From the NCBI GenBank assembly GCA_036271495.1, contig DATBAO010000120.1, positions 547 through 64,546 of the forward strand: a DNA stretch of 64,000 bases. The letters run 5' to 3'. A program made the translations under genes and the position numbers. The notes below the pieces were generated by a model. That model did no database searches. It had not been told where the DNA came from and worked only from the letters and a program-made list of their open reading frames with translations. Below are positions 18,392-27,548 of the stretch, in pieces. Position 1 is the stretch's first letter. Every line of letters starts with the position of its first letter. This stretch comes from Acidimicrobiales bacterium (lineage in GTDB: Bacteria > Actinomycetota > Acidimicrobiia > Acidimicrobiales > RAAP-2).

Positions 18392-18444
18392 GTCCCGGGC
18401 CAGGCTGACCCTCCTCACCTCCTCGCCAGGTCTTACGTAACCTA

Positions 18445-19500
18445 ATGGCCGAATCTGTGGGAACCAGGTCATTGACGCCAGCCAACCCTGCCCGCACAGT
18501 GAGAGCCGTGCAGCAACGACACGTCGTGATCGTCGCCTTCGAGGGTCTCCAGCCCATTGATGCGGTGGGGCCGCACGAGGTCTTCGCCGGTGCCGGGCGC
18601 GCCGCCGCCGCCCTTGGTCGTGCCGGTAGCTACCGGGTCACCCTGGCCTCACCGGGCGGTGGCATGGTGCGGGCCGAGAGCGGGCTCGTCCTGGGTACCG
18701 GGCCGCTGCCCGAGGAGTCCGAGCGGGTCGACACCCTGGTGCTCGCGGGCGGACCGGGTGCCGAGGCGGCGGCACGGGACGAGGCCGTGTTGGACTTCAT
18801 CCGTCGCACGGCCCCGCGCTGCCGGCGCGTGGCCACGGTGTGCTCGGGAGCGTTCCTCGGTGCCGCGGCGGGGCTCTTCGACGGGCGCCGGGTCACCACC
18901 CACTGGGCCCGTGCCCGCGACCTGGCGGCGCAGTATCCCGGCATCACGGTCGATGCCGACCCGATTTACATCCGCGACGGCAAGTACTGGTCGAGCGCAG
19001 GCGTCACCGCCGGCATCGACCTCTCACTCGCCCTGGTCCAGGAGGACCTCGGCGTCGACGTGGCCCAGACCGTGGCGCGCTGGCTGGTCATGTTCCTGCA
19101 CCGGCCCGGGGGGCAGACCCAGTTCGCGTCCCCGGTGTGGGTGCCGCGAGCGGAGCGCTCCACCATCCGGGCTGTCCAGACGCTGGTCGAAGCCGCACCC
19201 GCGGGCGACCACCGGCTGCCGGCGCTCGCCGCGGCAGCCGCCATGAGCGTGCGCCACTTCACGCGGGTCTTCACCGCCGAGGTGGGTGAGACACCGAGCC
19301 GCTTCGTCGAGCGCACCCGCCTGGAGGCTGCCCGACGCGAGCTCGAGGAGACCACCGACACCCTCGACGTCGTGGCCGCACGCTCCGGGCTCGGCAGCGC
19401 CGAGACCCTGCGCCGCGTCTTCCAACGCCACCTCGGGGTGGCACCCGACGCCTACCGCCGGCGCTTCCGAGCCGGCCCCCATGAAAGGACATCCGCATGA
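18445..19500 (+). CDS. GlxA-family transcriptional regulator (DJ-1/PfpI domain + AraC-type HTH)
   Basis: VATVCSGAFLGAAAGL (DJ-1 nucleophile elbow) and a C-terminal AraC HTH (MSVRHFTRVFTAEVGETPSRF ... SGLGSAETLRRVFQRHLG). The true start may be GTG 18499 or 18508. Confidence 0.85.
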   Translation: MAESVGTRSLTPANPARTVRAVQQRHVVIVAFEGLQPIDAVGPHEVFAGAGRAAAALGRAGSYRVTLASPGGGMVRAESGLVLGTGPLPEESERVDTLVLAGGPGAEAAARDEAVLDFIRRTAPRCRRVATVCSGAFLGAAAGLFDGRRVTTHWARARDLAAQYPGITVDADPIYIRDGKYWSSAGVTAGIDLSLALVQEDLGVDVAQTVARWLVMFLHRPGGQTQFASPVWVPRAERSTIRAVQTLVEAAPAGDHRLPALAAAAAMSVRHFTRVFTAEVGETPSRFVERTRLEAARRELEETTDTLDVVAARSGLGSAETLRRVFQRHLGVAPDAYRRRFRAGPHERTSA

Positions 19501-20147
19501 GCGACCGCCTGCAGATCGCCATCCCGCTCTTTCCCAAGTACACCGCGCTCGACGCGATCGGCCCCTACGAGGTCCTGCAGCGCATTCCCGACTTCGACAT
19601 CGTCTTCGTCGGCCACCATCGGGGCGAGGTGCGCAGCGAGAACGGCATGCTGGGAATCAGCGCGGATGCCACCTTCGAGGAGGTGCCTGCTCCGGACGTG
19701 GTCGTCTTCCCCGGCGGTGTCGGGACACGACCGCTCGAGCAGGACGAGCGGGTGCTCGACTGGGTGCGCCAGGCCCACGCCAGCAGCCGGTACACCACAT
19801 CGGTCTGCACCGGCTCGGTGGTGCTCGGTGCGGCCGGGCTGCTACGGGGCCTGACCGCGACGACGCACTGGGCCTGTTACAGGGAGCTCGAGGCCCACGG
19901 GGCCGAGGCCACGCCGACCCGCGTCGTCGAGCACCTCGACGAGCGGATCAACACGGCGGCCGGCGTCTCGAGCGGCATCGACATGGCGCTGCGCCTCGTC
20001 GAGCTCCTGGCCGACCGCACAGCGGCGCAGGCGGCGCAGCTCATGATTGAGTACGACCCCCAGCCTCCGTTCGACTGCGGGGCCGTGCACGAGGCCGACG
20101 ACGTCGTCATGACCCGCGTCATCGAATACGCCACGCTCCGGGAGTAG
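19497..20147 (+). CDS. DJ-1/PfpI-family protein
   Basis: Start overlaps the regulator stop (ATGA). TTSVCTGSVVLGAAGLL elbow with Cys. Confidence 0.85.
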   Translation: MSDRLQIAIPLFPKYTALDAIGPYEVLQRIPDFDIVFVGHHRGEVRSENGMLGISADATFEEVPAPDVVVFPGGVGTRPLEQDERVLDWVRQAHASSRYTTSVCTGSVVLGAAGLLRGLTATTHWACYRELEAHGAEATPTRVVEHLDERINTAAGVSSGIDMALRLVELLADRTAAQAAQLMIEYDPQPPFDCGAVHEADDVVMTRVIEYATLRE

Positions 20148-20174
20148 CGAACCTTCTCCTCGTTGCCGGCGCCG

Positions 20175-20720
20175 TCAGGCTGTCGGGGACGGGTTTCGAC
20201 CGGTGTAGGCCAGCAGCTTGTCCTGGGCTGACGCGTCCGGCCCCACCGCGATCTCCGGCTTGAAGATGCCTTTGCGCTGCTCGTCGGTGAAACGGCCGTG
20301 GATCAGTGCATAGGCCGCCCCGGGGAGCTCATCGGGCATGGTCGTCTCCTGCCCGGTCGAGGTGGCGAGGTCCCATCCGTGCAAGAGCTGGTCACTGAAG
20401 GCGATGGCCAGCGCGGGGCCGGTCCTGTCAATCACACCCGGTTCACCGAAGACGGCCAGCGTCTCCGCGCGCGCGTGGTCGAAGTCAACCCGAGGCTGCC
20501 CGCTCAGCAGGTCGGGCGGCGTCGCTCCGGGGGGCGCAACATCCTCACCGCGCGCAGCCCCGACGAAGTACTGCTGCGTCTGGAGCATGTGGTTCATGAG
20601 CGTGCGGACATCCCACCCGTCACAGGACGTCGGCGTCTCCATCGATGACGATGCGCCGGCAACCTTGGTCGACGTCCACGCGCTGGCGCGTCCGTACAGG
20701 TCCAGAAGATCGAGATCCAT
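20175..20720 (-). CDS. DinB/mycothiol-dependent maleylpyruvate isomerase N-terminal domain family protein (TIGR03086-like)
   Basis: Start at ATG 20718-20720 (MDLDLLDLYGRASAW), preceded by GAGGAGG. PTSCDGWDVRTLMNHM motif. Confidence 0.68.
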   Translation of the reverse strand: MDLDLLDLYGRASAWTSTKVAGASSSMETPTSCDGWDVRTLMNHMLQTQQYFVGAARGEDVAPPGATPPDLLSGQPRVDFDHARAETLAVFGEPGVIDRTGPALAIAFSDQLLHGWDLATSTGQETTMPDELPGAAYALIHGRFTDEQRKGIFKPEIAVGPDASAQDKLLAYTGRNPSPTA

Positions 20721-20828
20721 GAATTCCTCCTCTTGTTCTCCACACCTTCCCCTACCCAGATCGGGAGCGTGCATGTCATGCTCCTGGACGCCGCCCGCCC
20801 ATAATGGGTCCGATCCGAGGGGGAGCGA

Positions 20829-21461
20829 GTGGCGATACGAGCGGTGATGTTCGACTTCGGCGGGGTGATCTCGACCAGCCCCTTCGACGCGTTCGCCCAC
20901 CTGGAAGCGGAACGTGGCCTCCCCGCGGGATTCATCAGGAGCGTCAACGCCACCAACCCGGACGACAACGCCTGGGCGCGCCTGGAGCGCAACGAACTCG
21001 GTGTGGAGGAATTCGCCGCCGCCTGGGCCGCCGAAGCCCGCGCACTCGGCCACGAGCTCGACGGCCGCCTCGTCTTGGCGCGGCTCTCGGGCGACATCCG
21101 CCCGCAGATGGTCGCCGCCATCGACAGCTGCCGGCACCAGGGCTACAAGACCGCCTGCCTCACCAACAATTTCGCGTCGCCCGACCGCGTCGTGTCCGAA
21201 GAGGTGGCCGAGGTGTACGCCCTCTTCGATGCCGTCCTCGAATCACGCGTGCTCGGCGTGCGCAAGCCCGATCCCCGCTTCTACGAACAGGCCTGCGCCG
21301 CGCTGGGCGTCGAGCCGGAGGAGTCGGTGTTCCTCGACGACCTGGGCGTCAACCTCAAGCCGGCCCGTGCCCTCGGCATGCACACCATTAAGGTCGGCGA
21401 CCCCGATGAGGCCTTGGCCGAGTTGGCCCGCATGCTCGGGCACACGGTCGTCGACGACTGA
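20829..21461 (+). CDS. HAD-superfamily hydrolase (subfamily IA, epoxide-hydrolase N-terminal phosphatase-like)
   Basis: Motif I VMFDFGGVI, plus CLTNN and FLDDLGVNLKPA motifs. Confidence 0.85.
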   Translation: MAIRAVMFDFGGVISTSPFDAFAHLEAERGLPAGFIRSVNATNPDDNAWARLERNELGVEEFAAAWAAEARALGHELDGRLVLARLSGDIRPQMVAAIDSCRHQGYKTACLTNNFASPDRVVSEEVAEVYALFDAVLESRVLGVRKPDPRFYEQACAALGVEPEESVFLDDLGVNLKPARALGMHTIKVGDPDEALAELARMLGHTVVDD

Positions 21462-21483
21462 CACCCTCCGGCGGTGCGCGCCG

Positions 21484-22935
21484 TCAGGCTGACGACGGCG
21501 CCGCGGCGGCGCTCGCCCCGGCAAAGCGCCCGAACAGTGTGCTGTCCCCGATGGAGAGCCCACTGGCGTAGCCGAACGAGCACACCCCCGACGTGGTGCG
21601 CCCGGCGGCGAAGAGGCCCCCGATCGGCGTTCCCGTCAGGTCGCAGACCTCGCCGGCGACCGTCGTCTCCAGGCCGCCCAGCGTGAACGGCGCGTAGGGC
21701 GCCGGACCGATACGGAGGTCGACCGCCCCGATCGGCGGTACCAGGGGGCGCACCCACGACGCGTCCTTGTGAAAGAGCGGGTCCTCCCCCGTCGCCGCGT
21801 GCCGGTTGTAGAGGTCGACGGTGCTCTGCAGCGAGCCGCCCGGCAGTCCGATCTCGGATTCGAGTTGCGTCACCGTCTCGCAGACCCAGGTAGCGGCCAG
21901 GCCCATCCAGTTCACCTCGTAGGAGGCCTCGTCGACGATGAGGTACACCTCACCGTCCTGCTCGTAGAGCGCGGACTGGCCGACCCGGCCCATGTAGGTG
22001 TCCTCGTTGATGAAGCGCTGCCCCTGGCCGTTGACGAGGATGCCGTGAATCAGCGTGCGCGGTGGCGTGATGGGCAACGACACCTCACCCGCGTACATGT
22101 TGCGCACGGACGCGCCGATGGCCTGCGCCATGCGGATACCGCGCCCGTCGTCGCCCTCGGTGCCCACCTTGAAGGTCCCGCGGGCCAGCGGCGGACAGTG
22201 CTGGCGCAGCATGTCGTCGTTGAAGATGAAGCCGCCCGCCGTGAGCACCACACCGCGGCGGGCCCGCAGCGTTACCGTCTCCCCGAACCGCTGCGCCTGC
22301 ACACCGACGACACGACCCTCGTCGCACACCAGGCGGTCGACCCGGGTGTCGGTGGAGACAGCGGCGCCGGCACCGGTGGCGGCCGCGGCCAGGTGCTGCA
22401 TGAGCAGCCAGCCGGTCGAGCGCTTCGTCTTGGCCAGGTGGCCGCGGGGCGCCGGGCGCGCAATGGCGTTGAACGGGAAAGCGTCCTCCCCGCCGGAGTA
22501 GACAAGGCCCTCGGTCCCCTCGGGCGCCATGGAGGTGTCGGCGCAGAACGTCGGGTCGAACGGCACGTCCCGGGCGACGAGCCAGTCGAAGTGGCCCAGG
22601 CTCTCCTCGCAGTACCGGGCGATCTTGGCCTCGTTGGGGTCGGGACCGCAGGCCGCCATCATGTAGCGGTACATGTCGTCGAGGGAGTCCTCGAAGCCAC
22701 ACGCGGTCTGAATCGGCGTCCCCCCGCCGAGGTACACGATCCCCTCGGCCAGCGCCGCCGCACCACCGGGACCGCCGGTCCGCTCGGTCACCAGCACCTG
22801 GGCCCCCCCGTCCGCCGCCGTGAAGGCCGCCGCCGACCCGGCTGCGCCGAATCCGACCACGATCACGTCGGCCGTGTCGTCCCAGCGGCTGATCTCACTT
22901 GCGTCGCACGGCGTCACGTCGTTCGGCTGCGGCAC
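21484..22935 (-). CDS. FAD-dependent oxidoreductase (KstD / fumarate-reductase flavoprotein-like)
   Basis: DVIVVGFGAAGSAAAFTAADGG dinucleotide-binding motif. Start uncertain: GTG 22933-22935 is chosen; the longest ORF start at 23073 would overlap the divergent APH gene by 71 nt. Confidence 0.72.
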   Translation of the reverse strand: MPQPNDVTPCDASEISRWDDTADVIVVGFGAAGSAAAFTAADGGAQVLVTERTGGPGGAAALAEGIVYLGGGTPIQTACGFEDSLDDMYRYMMAACGPDPNEAKIARYCEESLGHFDWLVARDVPFDPTFCADTSMAPEGTEGLVYSGGEDAFPFNAIARPAPRGHLAKTKRSTGWLLMQHLAAAATGAGAAVSTDTRVDRLVCDEGRVVGVQAQRFGETVTLRARRGVVLTAGGFIFNDDMLRQHCPPLARGTFKVGTEGDDGRGIRMAQAIGASVRNMYAGEVSLPITPPRTLIHGILVNGQGQRFINEDTYMGRVGQSALYEQDGEVYLIVDEASYEVNWMGLAATWVCETVTQLESEIGLPGGSLQSTVDLYNRHAATGEDPLFHKDASWVRPLVPPIGAVDLRIGPAPYAPFTLGGLETTVAGEVCDLTGTPIGGLFAAGRTTSGVCSFGYASGLSIGDSTLFGRFAGASAAAAPSSA

Positions 22936-23002
22936 CCCGTCCTCCCTGCGTTGTCGGCGAGACGGTAGCCGCTCGGCCCCCGACCCCCTACCCTCGGCAG
23001 CG

Positions 23003-23803
23003 GTGCCGTCCCCCTCCGACACGCCCCCGCCACCGCCCGAGCTCGAGGCCGTCGCCCCGGGCTGGGCGGCCACGCTGGCCTACCGCCTCGTCCCCGACCT
23101 GACGACCTGGCGTCTCACGTCGCCGGCGGGCGCGGTGCGCTTCGCCAAGGTGGCCACCGGCGCGGCGCGCTACCCGACCCTGCGCCACGAGCACGAGCGC
23201 ATGATCTGGGCCGCCCCGTACCTGCCGGTCCCCACGGTCGTCGCCCTCGAGGAGGTCGGAACGGCCACTGTGCTCCTCACCGAGGCCTTGCCGGGGCGGG
23301 ACGCCACCCATGCGGCCTGGAGCTCCGACCTCCCCGCGCTGGTGCGCGCCCTCGGCCGGGGGCTGCAGGCCTTCCACGAGGCCGTCGGCGAAGAGTGGTG
23401 CCCCTTCCGTTTCGACGTCGGGCGCGCCCTGGCGCACGTCGAGGAGCGGGTCAGGACCGACGACATCGACCCCGCTGGTTTCCACGCGCAGCACGCCGAC
23501 CTCACCCCGGCGGCGGCGCTGGCCGAGCTGGAGGCTCTTGTCCCCTTCGACGAGGACCTGGTCGTGTGCCACGGCGACTACTGCCCGCCCAACATGCTGT
23601 TGCAGGAGTGGCGGGTGACCGGCTTCGTCGACCTCGGCGAGCTGGGTGTGGCCGACCGCTGGTGGGACGTCGCCGTCGGCGCCTGGAGCGTCGGCTGGAA
23701 TTTCGGAGAGGACCTCGAAGCGCTCTTCTACGAGAGCTACGGCATCGCCCCCGACCCCGGGCGCATCCGGTTCTTCCGGCTCCTCTACGACCTCGTCTCC
23801 TGA
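23003..23803 (+). CDS. Aminoglycoside 3'-phosphotransferase (APH(3'))-family kinase
   Basis: [13 protein letters not shown] (HGDxxxxN), [18 protein letters not shown] and a C-terminal [12 protein letters not shown] parallel APH(3') proteins. Start placed at in-frame GTG 23003. Confidence 0.8.
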   Translation: MPSPSDTPPPPPELEAVAPGWAATLAYRLVPDLTTWRLTSPAGAVRFAKVATGAARYPTLRHEHERMIWAAPYLPVPTVVALEEVGTATVLLTEALPGRDATHAAWSSDLPALVRALGRGLQAFHEAVGEEWCPFRFDVGRALAHVEERVRTDDIDPAGFHAQHADLTPAAALAELEALVPFDEDLVVCHGDYCPPNMLLQEWRVTGFVDLGELGVADRWWDVAVGAWSVGWNFGEDLEALFYESYGIAPDPGRIRFFRLLYDLVS

Positions 23804-24489
23804 CGGGCGGCGATCAGCACGCCGGCGCGGGCGAAGACGGCGTCGAACATCGGCACCGTGAGCTTGCCCGTGAACGTGTTCTGCTGGCTCGGATGGTAGG
23901 AGCCGAGCAGCGTCCGCCCGTCCGGCAGCGGGCACTCGGCCAGGTGCCCGAAGGCCGGACGCGGCCGGAGGGCGTAGTGCGCGGCGACGGCCTGCCAGGC
24001 GAACTGCCCCAGCGCGACCAGGACCACGGCGTCGCCCAGGAGCGCCAGCTCACGGACGAGGTACGGCGCGCAGGCGTCGCGCTCGGCCGGAGTGGGCTTG
24101 TTGGCCGGGGGCGCGCAGTGCACCGTCGCCGTGATGTAGGCGTCGTGAAGCTGGAGGCCGTCGTCGCGCGCCGTACTGGTCGGCTGCGAGGCGAAGCCGG
24201 CGCGGGAGAGGGCGGCGAAGAGCCAGTCACCCGAGCGGTCGCCCGTGAACATCCGGCCGGTGCGGTTGGCGCCGTGCGCGGCCGGCGCCAGGCCGACGAG
24301 CACCAGCGCGGCGGCCGGATCGCCGAAGCCCGGGACGCCACGTCCCCAGTACACCTGGCCGGCGTACGAGGCCCGCCCCGTGCGGGCCACCTCTTCCCGC
24401 CAGCTCACGAGCCTGGGACAGCGCCGGCAGTCCGCCACGTCCCGTTGCACCGCGGCCAGAGCATCACGCCGGCCACGGTTTGACCCCAC
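23785..24489 (-). CDS. Uracil-DNA glycosylase, family 5 (UdgB-like, 4Fe-4S)
   Basis: [19 protein letters not shown] motif and CRRCPRL cluster cysteines. Start placed at GTG 24487-24489; the longest ORF start at 24630 would overlap the divergent phosphatase gene. Confidence 0.8.
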   Translation of the reverse strand: MGSNRGRRDALAAVQRDVADCRRCPRLVSWREEVARTGRASYAGQVYWGRGVPGFGDPAAALVLVGLAPAAHGANRTGRMFTGDRSGDWLFAALSRAGFASQPTSTARDDGLQLHDAYITATVHCAPPANKPTPAERDACAPYLVRELALLGDAVVLVALGQFAWQAVAAHYALRPRPAFGHLAECPLPDGRTLLGSYHPSQQNTFTGKLTVPMFDAVFARAGVLIAARQETRS

Positions 24490-24514
24490 GGCGCAGAGCC
24501 TACGATGGGCGATC

Positions 24515-25201
24515 GTGTCCCCGACCGCCCGTTCCGTCTCGACCCGCACGCCGGCGCGGCGCGGCCGTAAGGCGCCTGCGCCGACGGTCGTCCTGCTGGT
24601 CCGCCACGGCGTCACCCCCACCACCGGCAAGATGCTCCCCGGTCAGGCCGCTGGCCTGCACCTGGCGGACAAAGGCGTCGTGCAGGCGACCGCGGCGGCC
24701 GACCGCATCGCCGGGCTCGCCAAGCCCCCGACCGCCGTCTACGCCTCGCCACTCGAGCGCACGCGTGAGACCGCGGCCCCCATCGCCCGGGCGCTCGGCC
24801 TGCGCGTGCGCACCGCCCCCGGGCTGGTCGAGGTCGACGTCGGCGACTGGACCGAGAAGCCCCTGACCCGCTTGTACCGGGACCCGCAATGGCCCACGGT
24901 GCAGCGCTGGCCCAGCGGATTCCGCTTCCCCGGCGGCGAGTCCTTCGCCGAAATGTCGCTGCGCTCCATGGACACGGTCCTCGGCCTGGTGGCCGACCAC
25001 CCGGGCGAGACCATCGTCGCCGTCTCCCACGCGGACCCGATCAAGGCGATCCTGGCGGCGGCGGCGGGCCTGCCACTCGACCTGCTGCAGCGACTGGTGA
25101 TCTCGCCCTGCTCCATCTCCGCCCTCCTCTTCACGGCCGGCGGGCCTGTCGTGCTGTGCATGAACTCGACAGGCACGCTGAACGAGCTGGCGCTGTCGTG
25201 A
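24515..25201 (+). CDS. Histidine phosphatase (phosphoglycerate mutase-like) family protein, MSMEG_4193-type
   Basis: [10 protein letters not shown] (RHG catalytic motif), [11 protein letters not shown]. Start at in-frame GTG 24515. Confidence 0.8.
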   Translation: MSPTARSVSTRTPARRGRKAPAPTVVLLVRHGVTPTTGKMLPGQAAGLHLADKGVVQATAAADRIAGLAKPPTAVYASPLERTRETAAPIARALGLRVRTAPGLVEVDVGDWTEKPLTRLYRDPQWPTVQRWPSGFRFPGGESFAEMSLRSMDTVLGLVADHPGETIVAVSHADPIKAILAAAAGLPLDLLQRLVISPCSISALLFTAGGPVVLCMNSTGTLNELALS

Positions 25202-25214
25202 GGAGACGCCCGCG

Positions 25215-25736
25215 GTGAGCGACGAGTACGACTTCGACGCACCGGACCACTGCACCGTCGGCGTGGTGGGCGAGGTGGGCCAACGGCTGTTCCTGTTCTA
25301 TTGCCGCCAGGGACTGTCCGAGACGACCGTCAAGGTCGAGAAGCAGCAGGTGGGCGTGCTGGCCGGCTATCTCGGACGGATCGTCAAGGAGCTGGGGCGT
25401 CCCGGCCACCTGCCCGACGACCTGACCTTCTACGGCACCGAGGATTTCGAGTGGGTCGTGGGCACCATCGGCGTCTCCTACGACGAGGAGCTCGATCGCG
25501 TCATCGTGGTGCTCGAAGAGGTGGGCGTCGAGGACGAGGACGAGGAGGACGAGGACATGGAGAGCGGGCACGTGCTCCGCGTCGCCCTCACCCGCGAGCA
25601 GGCCGCCGCCTTCGCCATCCACGCCACCCGCCTGGTCGAAGCGGGCCGCCCCCCCTGCCCCCTGTGCTCGCTCCCGTTGGACCCGGCCGGGCACGACTGC
25701 CCGCGCACCAACGGGCACCGGCCACCGGTGACCTAG
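25215..25736 (+). CDS. DUF3090-family protein (acidic linker, C-terminal zinc-ribbon-like CPLC...HxC motif)
   Basis: 173 aa. FDAPDHCTVGVVGEVGQRLFLF ... EDEDEEDEDME ... CPLCSLPLDPAGHDCPRTNGH. Confidence 0.72.
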   Translation: MSDEYDFDAPDHCTVGVVGEVGQRLFLFYCRQGLSETTVKVEKQQVGVLAGYLGRIVKELGRPGHLPDDLTFYGTEDFEWVVGTIGVSYDEELDRVIVVLEEVGVEDEDEEDEDMESGHVLRVALTREQAAAFAIHATRLVEAGRPPCPLCSLPLDPAGHDCPRTNGHRPPVT

Positions 25737-25741
25737 CTGCA

Positions 25742-26452
25742 GTGTCCGACCCCGAGGTCGAGCGCGTCCTCGTCGAGGGTGATATGGAGGTCCACGGCCG
25801 CATCGCCGGGAGCTCGAACGCGACGCTGCTCGTCACCTGCCGGCTGCAGGGCGAGGAGCTCCTCGCCGTCTACAAGCCGCTGAAGGGTGAGCGCCCCCTC
25901 TGGGACTTCCCCGGCGGGCTCTTCCGGCGCGAGGTGGCCGCCTACGTCCTCTCGGAGACGCTCGGGTGGGGCCTGGTGCCCGAGACCGTCGAGCGGCCGG
26001 AGGGCCCGTTCGGGCCCGGGTCCGTGCAGCGCTTCGTCCACGAGGACGGCACCTCGCACTACTTCACGCTGCGCGACGAGCCCAAATGGCACCCCGTGCT
26101 CATGCAACTCTGCGCCTTCGACGTCGTGGCGAACAACGCCGACCGCAAGAGCGGCCACGTCCTGCTGGCCGAGAACCGGCTGTGGGGCATCGACAACGGG
26201 CTCTGCTTCAACACCCAGGACAAGCTGCGCACCGTGATCTGGGACTTCGGCGGGGAGCGGTTGGAGGCCGGCGTCCAGGCGGACCTGGCCCGCCTGGCCC
26301 GCGATGGGGCGCCCGACGCGCTGTGCGCCCTGCTCGAACCGGACGAGTTGGCCGCCACCATGGACCGGCTGGCCTGGCTGCTCAGCCTGCAGGCCCTGCC
26401 CGAGCTGGTCGACGACGGCGACTGGCCTCCCTACCCCTGGCCGCTGGTCTGA
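25742..26452 (+). CDS. SCO1664-family protein (PI3/PI4-kinase-like fold), function unknown
   Basis: In-frame GTG 25742, 5 nt after the DUF3090 stop. GSSNATLLV ... AVYKP ... FDVVANNADRKSGHVLL ... WGIDNGLCF (kinase catalytic-loop and DxG-like motifs). Confidence 0.72.
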   Translation: MSDPEVERVLVEGDMEVHGRIAGSSNATLLVTCRLQGEELLAVYKPLKGERPLWDFPGGLFRREVAAYVLSETLGWGLVPETVERPEGPFGPGSVQRFVHEDGTSHYFTLRDEPKWHPVLMQLCAFDVVANNADRKSGHVLLAENRLWGIDNGLCFNTQDKLRTVIWDFGGERLEAGVQADLARLARDGAPDALCALLEPDELAATMDRLAWLLSLQALPELVDDGDWPPYPWPLV

Positions 26453-26498
26453 GCCCTGCGTGGGTCCGCACGGAGAACGCCGAGGTCAGGGGCACGAC

Positions 26499-26545
26499 GA
26501 ATAGATGACTTCTTCCATAGGTATTCTTAAATCACTGTGATCCAT
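26499..26545. promoter_or_regulatory. AT-rich patch with palindrome ATCAC-T-GTGAT (26531-26541); probable promoter/operator region of the TauE/SafE gene
   Basis: gaatagatgacttcttccataggtattcttaaatcactgtgatcc stands out against GC-rich flanks. It lies 50-95 nt upstream of ATG 26595. Confidence 0.3.
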
Positions 26546-26594
26546 GGCTCCGGGACATCCACCGGGGCCACAGGCTGACCGCGCGGGAACCACC

Positions 26595-27524
26595 ATGTCG
26601 ATTGACCCCTACATCGTCCTCGGGAGCGCCCTGGTGGGCTTCCTGGTCGGCATGACCGGCGCCGGCGGCGGCGCGTTGATGACGCCGATGCTGATCCTCT
26701 TCTTCGGGGTCAAGCCGTCCACCGCCATTTCGAGCGACCTGGTGGCGGCGGTGCTGATGCGCCCGGTGGGTGCCATCGTGCACATGACCAAGAAGACGGT
26801 GAACTACTCGCTGGTCGGATGGATGGTCCTCGGATCCGTCCCCGCCGCCCTGTTCGGCGCCTACGTGCTCCATCTGTTGGGCAACTCCACCGGCGCCGAG
26901 AACAACATCGAGATCTTTCTCGGCGTTGCCCTCCTGCTCGGCGCCTTCGCCATGGTCCTGCGCTCCGGGCTCGACCGTCGTTCGGGCCAGAGCCGCGAGG
27001 GGCTGATCGGCCAGCTGGTCGTGCGGCCGCTGCCCACCGTGGCCATCGGGCTGCTCGGCGGCTTCGTCGTCGGCATGACCTCGGTGGGCTCGGGCTCGCT
27101 GATGATCGTCCTCCTGCTCTTCTTGTATCCCGTGATCGGGGCCAACCAGCTCGTCGGCACCGACCTGACGCAGGCCGTCCCGCTGACGCTGGCGGCCGCA
27201 CTCGGGGCACTGGCCTTCGGCCACGTCGAGTTCTCCGTCACCACGTCCATCGTGATCGGAAGCGTGCCCGCCGTCCTCGTCGGCTCGCTGATCTCCTCAC
27301 GGGCCCCGGACCGCTACATCCGTCCGGTGATCACCTTCGTGATCTTCGCCTCGGGGCTCAAGTACGTCGGTCTCAGCACCACCGCGCTGGGCTGGACGCT
27401 GGGCGCCGTGCTGGTGGCGACCGCCGCCATCTGGCTCGCCTACCTCCGGCCGCGGCGGGCCGGCCTCGGCGCCACCCCGGCCCCGGCGGACGTCGCGCTC
27501 GAAGGGGCCTCGCCACCGGGCTGA
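26595..27524 (+). CDS. TauE/SafE-family sulfite/anion exporter membrane protein
   Basis: Start at ATG 26595 (MSIDPYIVLGSALVGFLVGMTGAGGGALMTPML). Two-fold repeated 4-TM pattern. Confidence 0.83.
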   Translation: MSIDPYIVLGSALVGFLVGMTGAGGGALMTPMLILFFGVKPSTAISSDLVAAVLMRPVGAIVHMTKKTVNYSLVGWMVLGSVPAALFGAYVLHLLGNSTGAENNIEIFLGVALLLGAFAMVLRSGLDRRSGQSREGLIGQLVVRPLPTVAIGLLGGFVVGMTSVGSGSLMIVLLLFLYPVIGANQLVGTDLTQAVPLTLAAALGALAFGHVEFSVTTSIVIGSVPAVLVGSLISSRAPDRYIRPVITFVIFASGLKYVGLSTTALGWTLGAVLVATAAIWLAYLRPRRAGLGATPAPADVALEGASPPG

Positions 27525-27548
27525 CGGCGTCGCCGGCGAGCCCGGGCG

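Noticed and set aside
16814-18472. N-terminal 552-codon extension of the Fpg/Nei ORF (track ORF 16013..18472, 819 aa)
   Set aside because: Fpg/Nei enzymes need Pro2 as the N-terminal nucleophile. GTG 16813 gives (M)PEILEVE. The extension is antisense to the FrhB-like and PaaI genes and looks like junk.
22936-23073. Longest-ORF starts for the FAD oxidoreductase (23073), UDG (24630), LmbE (10972), second ArsA (38619), PdtaS (35258), ccmC (52470) and others
   Set aside because: These extensions are Arg/Ala/Gly-rich, overlap neighbouring genes extensively (often divergent ones), and precede the conserved N-terminal motifs by tens to hundreds of codons. Internal ATG/GTG starts give family-typical lengths. 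The residual uncertainty is noted per feature.
25530-25556. GAG/GAC triplet run, considered as a microsatellite
   Set aside because: It is in frame and encodes the acidic EDEDEEDED linker of the DUF3090 protein. It is not a perfect repeat.
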